DNA from: Akkermansia muciniphila
GTDB taxonomy: Bacteria; Verrucomicrobiota; Verrucomicrobiia; Limisphaerales; UBA9464
Length of the DNA: 64,000 nucleotides
Assembly (NCBI GenBank): GCA_945861565.1
Contig: CAMAUY010000008.1
Span: 6,032 to 70,031, forward strand
Direction: 5' to 3'
The first letter of the stretch is position 1; every line of letters begins with the position of its first letter. Made by a program: the position numbers and the translations under genes. This document shows, in pieces, positions 59,797-64,000 of the stretch. The notes under the pieces are model-generated. The model ran no database searches, was not told the DNA's origin, and saw only the letters and a program-made list of their open reading frames with translations.

Positions 59797-59858
59797 GGGG
59801 AGACGGTATCGACGGGCCCGGCCGAGTCAATTGCCTGGGCCCACCCTCCGACCCGGCT

Positions 59859-61031
59859 TCACTTGGCCCGTTTCAATCCGATGCCGCTCGATCGTTTCGC
59901 CACCTTGCGACTCGTGGTGACTTTGGAAACCGTGCCGGTTTTTAGATACCGACTGCGCACCGCTTCGAGAATCGCATCCCGCCGATCATAGAGCCGCTTA
60001 AGCTTGCGAGGCGTGGCACGACTCAGCATGTAGGCACTGAGCAAGGGCAATGAAATCGTGCAGTCCGTATAACAGACCACGGAGTCGGGAAGTTTTTCGG
60101 GATCCACCTTGCCCCAACTGACGGCTTCCGCCGGCGTGGCGCCGCTGAGACCGCCGGTGTCTGGACGGGCGTCCGTGCATTGCAGAAAGTAGTCGTGTCC
60201 CTTCTCCTGGATCCCCATGACCTCCTGGATCTGTGGTTCCGTCTGAAGGATGAAATTTTTTGGACTGCCCCCGCCGAGAATGAAGACGCTACTGATCAGG
60301 CCGGATGCCTTAGCGTGATAAACGATGCCCGCGGTTTGGTTGACATCGCGCAGGGTGTCGAATGTCAATTGCGATCCTCGCAAGGCCATCGCGGCCACAT
60401 TCATGCCGATCGAAGAATCCCCGGGACTGGAGGTGAAGATGGGAATCCCACACTCGTATGCGGTAGCGAGAACGGAGCTGTCTTTTAAGCCGAGCCGGCG
60501 GCCGCGTTCCGCCACGTATCGACCGAGGTGGTGGTGAAATTCATCCGTCCCCATGGGCCGTTGGAACTCGGGCCCCTGAATCACCTCCCGCACAAACGCA
60601 TCCGTATCCAGCAGCACATTATAATCAAATAAAACGTCGTAAATCCGGATAACTCCCTCGGTATGCAATTCCACATCGTCGAGGAACGGAGATCCGCTGT
60701 GCAGATGCATGTCCAACCCGAAATGCAGGTCATGATACAAATTGGCGCCGGTCGAAACGATCCAGTCGATGAACCCAGCCTTCATGAGCGGAATCAGGCA
60801 GGACTTGCCGAGGCCGGCCGGGGTGAGTGCTCCCGTGAGGGAAAGGCCGACACAACCGTCATTCGGCAGCATTTTTTTGGTCAACAGATGGGCCGCTTCG
60901 CGGAGGCGGCCGCCATTGTAGGCGAGGAAGACCTGGTCGATGAGGTCGGCGGCGGAAATGTCGTGGCCCACCCCGAGAGGGTTCAGGCGGGGATACCCGG
61001 CGAATTTCTTGGAGAGCGGATGTTGACTCAT
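59859..61031 (-). CDS. Deoxyhypusine synthase-like protein (probable homospermidine synthesis)
   Basis: [41 protein letters not shown]. Confidence 0.88.
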   Translation of the reverse strand: MSQHPLSKKFAGYPRLNPLGVGHDISAADLIDQVFLAYNGGRLREAAHLLTKKMLPNDGCVGLSLTGALTPAGLGKSCLIPLMKAGFIDWIVSTGANLYHDLHFGLDMHLHSGSPFLDDVELHTEGVIRIYDVLFDYNVLLDTDAFVREVIQGPEFQRPMGTDEFHHHLGRYVAERGRRLGLKDSSVLATAYECGIPIFTSSPGDSSIGMNVAAMALRGSQLTFDTLRDVNQTAGIVYHAKASGLISSVFILGGGSPKNFILQTEPQIQEVMGIQEKGHDYFLQCTDARPDTGGLSGATPAEAVSWGKVDPEKLPDSVVCYTDCTISLPLLSAYMLSRATPRKLKRLYDRRDAILEAVRSRYLKTGTVSKVTTSRKVAKRSSGIGLKRAK

Positions 61032-61047
61032 GAAAAAACGAGGGCAA

Positions 61048-63285
61048 CTAGACCTTGGCTATCGGCTTCTTTTCGACGGCGGTCGGGCTGCTCGCTTTCT
61101 TCGGCTCCGATCCAGCGGTGCGGTAGTGGGTGGCATAATATTGGTTCTGATAGTAGTAATAGCTATAGTAATAGGAATCCTTGCCCTCGAAATCGATGTC
61201 GTTCATGACCACGCCGATCAGGTTGATGCCTGCGTCCTGCAAGCGCTGAACGGAACGGCGGGCATGTTCCCGCCGGATCTTATTAAACTTGGTCACGTAG
61301 ACCATGCCGTCGCACATGGCACCGACGATTAGCGGATCGGCAACAGCGGATACCGGAGGGCAGTCCACGACCACCCGGTCATAGCGGCTGGACACCTCCT
61401 CGAGGAACTGCTCCATGCGCCGGGAGCCCACAAGTTCGGAAGGATTGCCCGGAGTGGCACCGCAACAGACGACATCAAGGTTTGGCACATCGGTGGAATG
61501 AATGATTTCGCCGACGTTGTTGATCTTTTCACCCAGAAAGGCGGAAAGACCGACCGGGCTTTGGAGCTGGAATGCCTTGTGAATAGACGGCCGCCGAAGG
61601 TCTGCATCGACCAACAGCGTGCGCAGTCCGGTCTGGGCGGTGACGATGGCATAATTCGAAGCCACCAGGGATTTCCCTTCGGAAGGGATGGTACTCGTGA
61701 CCGCAACGACCCGAAGCTTATCCGCGTTGCGGGAGAGGGACACGGCAGCACGAAAGGTCCGGAACGCCTCGGCAGCACTCGACGATGGGAACACGTGGGA
61801 TTGAAGGTCCCGCTCCACGACGCTGGACGATTTGATATTCGTGATATAACCCAGAAAAGGCAGTCGAAGAAAATTCTCCACATCCTCCTGACTCTTCACG
61901 GAGTCGTCGAAGTAATTGACAAAGAAGGCGAGGAGGATCGCAGCGGCCAGTCCACCGATCAAGCCGGCGAGCAAAATGAGAGGCCGGTTGGGACGGACAA
62001 ACTTGGCCTGAGGAATCGCGGGATCGACAATGCGCATGTTTTGCACTGTGTCGCGGGAGTTGAAGTCATATTCCTTCAACCGCTGGAGCACCGTGTCATA
62101 CATTAATTTCGCCCGGTCCGCCCTGCTCTGAAGCGCGTCATAGTCCACCTGCAACAAATTGACGCGGCCGATGTCCCGTTCCCGTTTCTGGAATTCTTCT
62201 TTGGCGCTGGCCATCTGTTTTTCGAGCCGCTCGGCATCGGCAAAAATATTTTCGTACACCCGATTGACCTGCTTATCAAGGTCGAGCTGGACGTTGGCGA
62301 TCCGCTGCTTAGCCTCCTTCACCTGGGGATGAAGTTCCTTGTACTTCGTATAAAGCCCCTTCAAATCTGTCTCCAGAGTGGAAAGATTGCCCTGCAGCTC
62401 CGTCACGAGCCGGTCTTGAGACATCTGCGGAAGGTCGGCCTTCGGCTTCTTGTCATCCACCCACCGTTTAGCTTCGTCCGCGGTCTTGCGAGCGTTGTTA
62501 TAGGCCGTCGCCGCGGCATCGTAGACCATCTGGTTCTGGCGGAAGCTTTGCAGCGCCATGTTTTGATCCTCCTTGAGGGAAGGCATTTGATTTGTTTCCC
62601 GATAAATCTGCAAAAACCGTCGTGAATTGATGTATTCGGTTTCCAGCTTCTCGGATTCCATCCGCAGCATATTGAATACGGCCAATGATCGCTGCCGCTT
62701 CTGGTCGATATTGTTGTCGAGAAATCGGGAGGCCAAAGTGTTGACAATTTTCGCAGCCTTCTCGCTGTCGGGATGGTAAGCTCGTACGCTCACCAACCGT
62801 GACATGCGGGTGGGGACCACTTCGATCATGTTGAATAGTGTCGCCGGAATGTTCGGATCGCCCGCGAAGACAGGATCCTTATCCAGCTTGAGCTGGAAGG
62901 CCACGTCTTGAAGCAGCGTCCGGCTGACGAGATTCTTGAATTGGGTGTTGAGGTAATCTTGCTCGCGAGGATCATAAAGCATCACCTGGGAACCGCTCAG
63001 GATGCCGGAGTTCTCGCGATCGATCTGCAAGACGGCAAATGCCTGGTAAATCGGGGTGGCCCGAAACGCATAAATGACGGCCAGAGCGAAGAGGATGCTA
63101 AGGGTGGATAGAATCAGCCATCGCCGCTCGAGGACAATGCTCCAGTAGTGGCGAAGCACAAACCCATCTTCGACGGATTGGTTCAGTTGAATCGCATTTG
63201 TTTCTTCCATACGGAGAGTGGAGGTAGACAGGTTGGACAGATTGGGGGCGCCGGTTGGGAGTTCAGAAGAATTTTTCAGGGACAT
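61048..63285 (-). CDS. wzc: Polysaccharide co-polymerase / tyrosine autokinase (Wzc/GumC)
   Basis: Two TM segments, coiled-coil periplasmic region, [10 protein letters not shown] Walker [18 protein letters not shown]-terminal Tyr cluster [13 protein letters not shown]. Confidence 0.92.
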   Translation of the reverse strand: MSLKNSSELPTGAPNLSNLSTSTLRMEETNAIQLNQSVEDGFVLRHYWSIVLERRWLILSTLSILFALAVIYAFRATPIYQAFAVLQIDRENSGILSGSQVMLYDPREQDYLNTQFKNLVSRTLLQDVAFQLKLDKDPVFAGDPNIPATLFNMIEVVPTRMSRLVSVRAYHPDSEKAAKIVNTLASRFLDNNIDQKRQRSLAVFNMLRMESEKLETEYINSRRFLQIYRETNQMPSLKEDQNMALQSFRQNQMVYDAAATAYNNARKTADEAKRWVDDKKPKADLPQMSQDRLVTELQGNLSTLETDLKGLYTKYKELHPQVKEAKQRIANVQLDLDKQVNRVYENIFADAERLEKQMASAKEEFQKRERDIGRVNLLQVDYDALQSRADRAKLMYDTVLQRLKEYDFNSRDTVQNMRIVDPAIPQAKFVRPNRPLILLAGLIGGLAAAILLAFFVNYFDDSVKSQEDVENFLRLPFLGYITNIKSSSVVERDLQSHVFPSSSAAEAFRTFRAAVSLSRNADKLRVVAVTSTIPSEGKSLVASNYAIVTAQTGLRTLLVDADLRRPSIHKAFQLQSPVGLSAFLGEKINNVGEIIHSTDVPNLDVVCCGATPGNPSELVGSRRMEQFLEEVSSRYDRVVVDCPPVSAVADPLIVGAMCDGMVYVTKFNKIRREHARRSVQRLQDAGINLIGVVMNDIDFEGKDSYYYSYYYYQNQYYATHYRTAGSEPKKASSPTAVEKKPIAKV

Positions 63286-63865
63286 AAATCACGTCCCCTG
63301 CTTTTACGAAAATTCGCCGCGCCGGATCGGTGGCTCCCTTGAGCTCGTCGTACCGAAGAATCTTCACCTCATTGCCCCGGCGCAGCTCGATCTTGTCCTT
63401 CTTCGCGAGCGCGGTTAAATCTCCCGCCCTCGCGATCGCCTCAATCACATCGATCTCCCGATCCGGGGGTAGTTCGACCGAGCCAGCGCGGGCGACCTTG
63501 CCCAGCACGGAAATCGTCTGCACCACGAAGCTGGTGATATTGGCGACTACTTCAGGCTTCACATAGTAACCGTCGAGTAACTTTTCGCGGACGGTGCGCT
63601 CAACGTCCGAAATGGTCTTTCCCTTCACGGAAATGTCCCCGATGTAGGGGAAATTGATCAGGCCATCCTCGGGCACCCGCTTGTTGACGATCCAGGTTGG
63701 CTCACCAACGAGATGAACATCGAGCACATCGCCCGCCATGATCTTGCGGGTTTCTCGGAGTGAATCCGCCTCCGGTTCGGCCGCGGCGAGGAGGGGGATG
63801 GTGCAGCCAATCATCCCAAAGATGGCCAGAATCAGCGCGGTATGGATCTTGGAAAGGATTTTCAT
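63263..63865 (-). CDS. wza: Polysaccharide export protein (Wza/Poly_export + SLBB)
   Basis: GDVLDV, DGLINFPYIG, VSVLG-like [21 protein letters not shown]. Confidence 0.85.
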   Translation of the reverse strand: MKILSKIHTALILAIFGMIGCTIPLLAAAEPEADSLRETRKIMAGDVLDVHLVGEPTWIVNKRVPEDGLINFPYIGDISVKGKTISDVERTVREKLLDGYYVKPEVVANITSFVVQTISVLGKVARAGSVELPPDREIDVIEAIARAGDLTALAKKDKIELRRGNEVKILRYDELKGATDPARRIFVKAGDVIYVPEKFF

Positions 63866-63867
63866 GT

Positions 63868-64000
63868 CTAGTAACCAATCGCCACCTGGAGCATAAAACG
63901 GTGGTTGTTGTAGTCAATCAGGTAAACCTGGGGAATGCCATTGGGGTCCGAGCCAACGATCTGGACACCGTCGGAGTTAAAACGATCAAACTCGTAGCTT
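63868..64000 (-). CDS. Outer-membrane beta-barrel protein of the polysaccharide locus, 3' end only
   Basis: Reads SYEFDRFNS...DYNNHRFMLQVAIGY*: alternating hydrophobic last strand with a terminal aromatic residue; directly upstream of wza. Confidence 0.6.
   Translation of the reverse strand, partial: SYEFDRFNSDGVQIVGSDPNGIPQVYLIDYNNHRFMLQVAIGY

Noticed and set aside
61048-61200. Tyr-rich low-complexity tract
   Set aside because: This is the normal autophosphorylation cluster of BY-kinases.

Overview
A GC-rich bacterial chromosomal segment. Gene content (two PVC-type heme-binding CxxCH proteins, DUF1501/DUF1549/DUF1553, two prepilin/H-X9-DG proteins, two PEP-CTERM proteins, ThuA, DUF1080) points to Verrucomicrobiota, probably Pedosphaerales/Limisphaerales; this is inference. 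About 48 genes mix housekeeping (mqnD, hemL, lgt, rluD, PGM, two-subunit fumarase, lipA, moeA, ruvX, nagB-like, deoxyhypusine synthase-like), exported carbohydrate/sugar-acid enzymes, and surface polysaccharide genes (3 GT4 + WecA; wza-wzc). I found no CRISPR array, tRNA, rRNA or transposase. The main unexplained structure is non-coding. (1) A ~400-bp composite element occurs as an inverted pair (19788-20190 and 25837-26243) around a 5.6-kb block; its outer module shows a compensatory base-pair change and sits upstream of an outward-facing gene in both copies. (2) REP-like arms (32094-32258 and 38170-38333, the latter in a ~365-bp imperfect palindrome) bracket a 5.9-kb block that ends in a Fic gene and a P-loop ATPase stub. 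At the protein level, two apparent 'lipid shuttle + hydrolase' fusions stand out: MlaA/VacJ + alpha/beta hydrolase, and LolA-like + C45 Ntn-hydrolase. All identities were counted by eye and all product calls come from motif recognition, not database searches.
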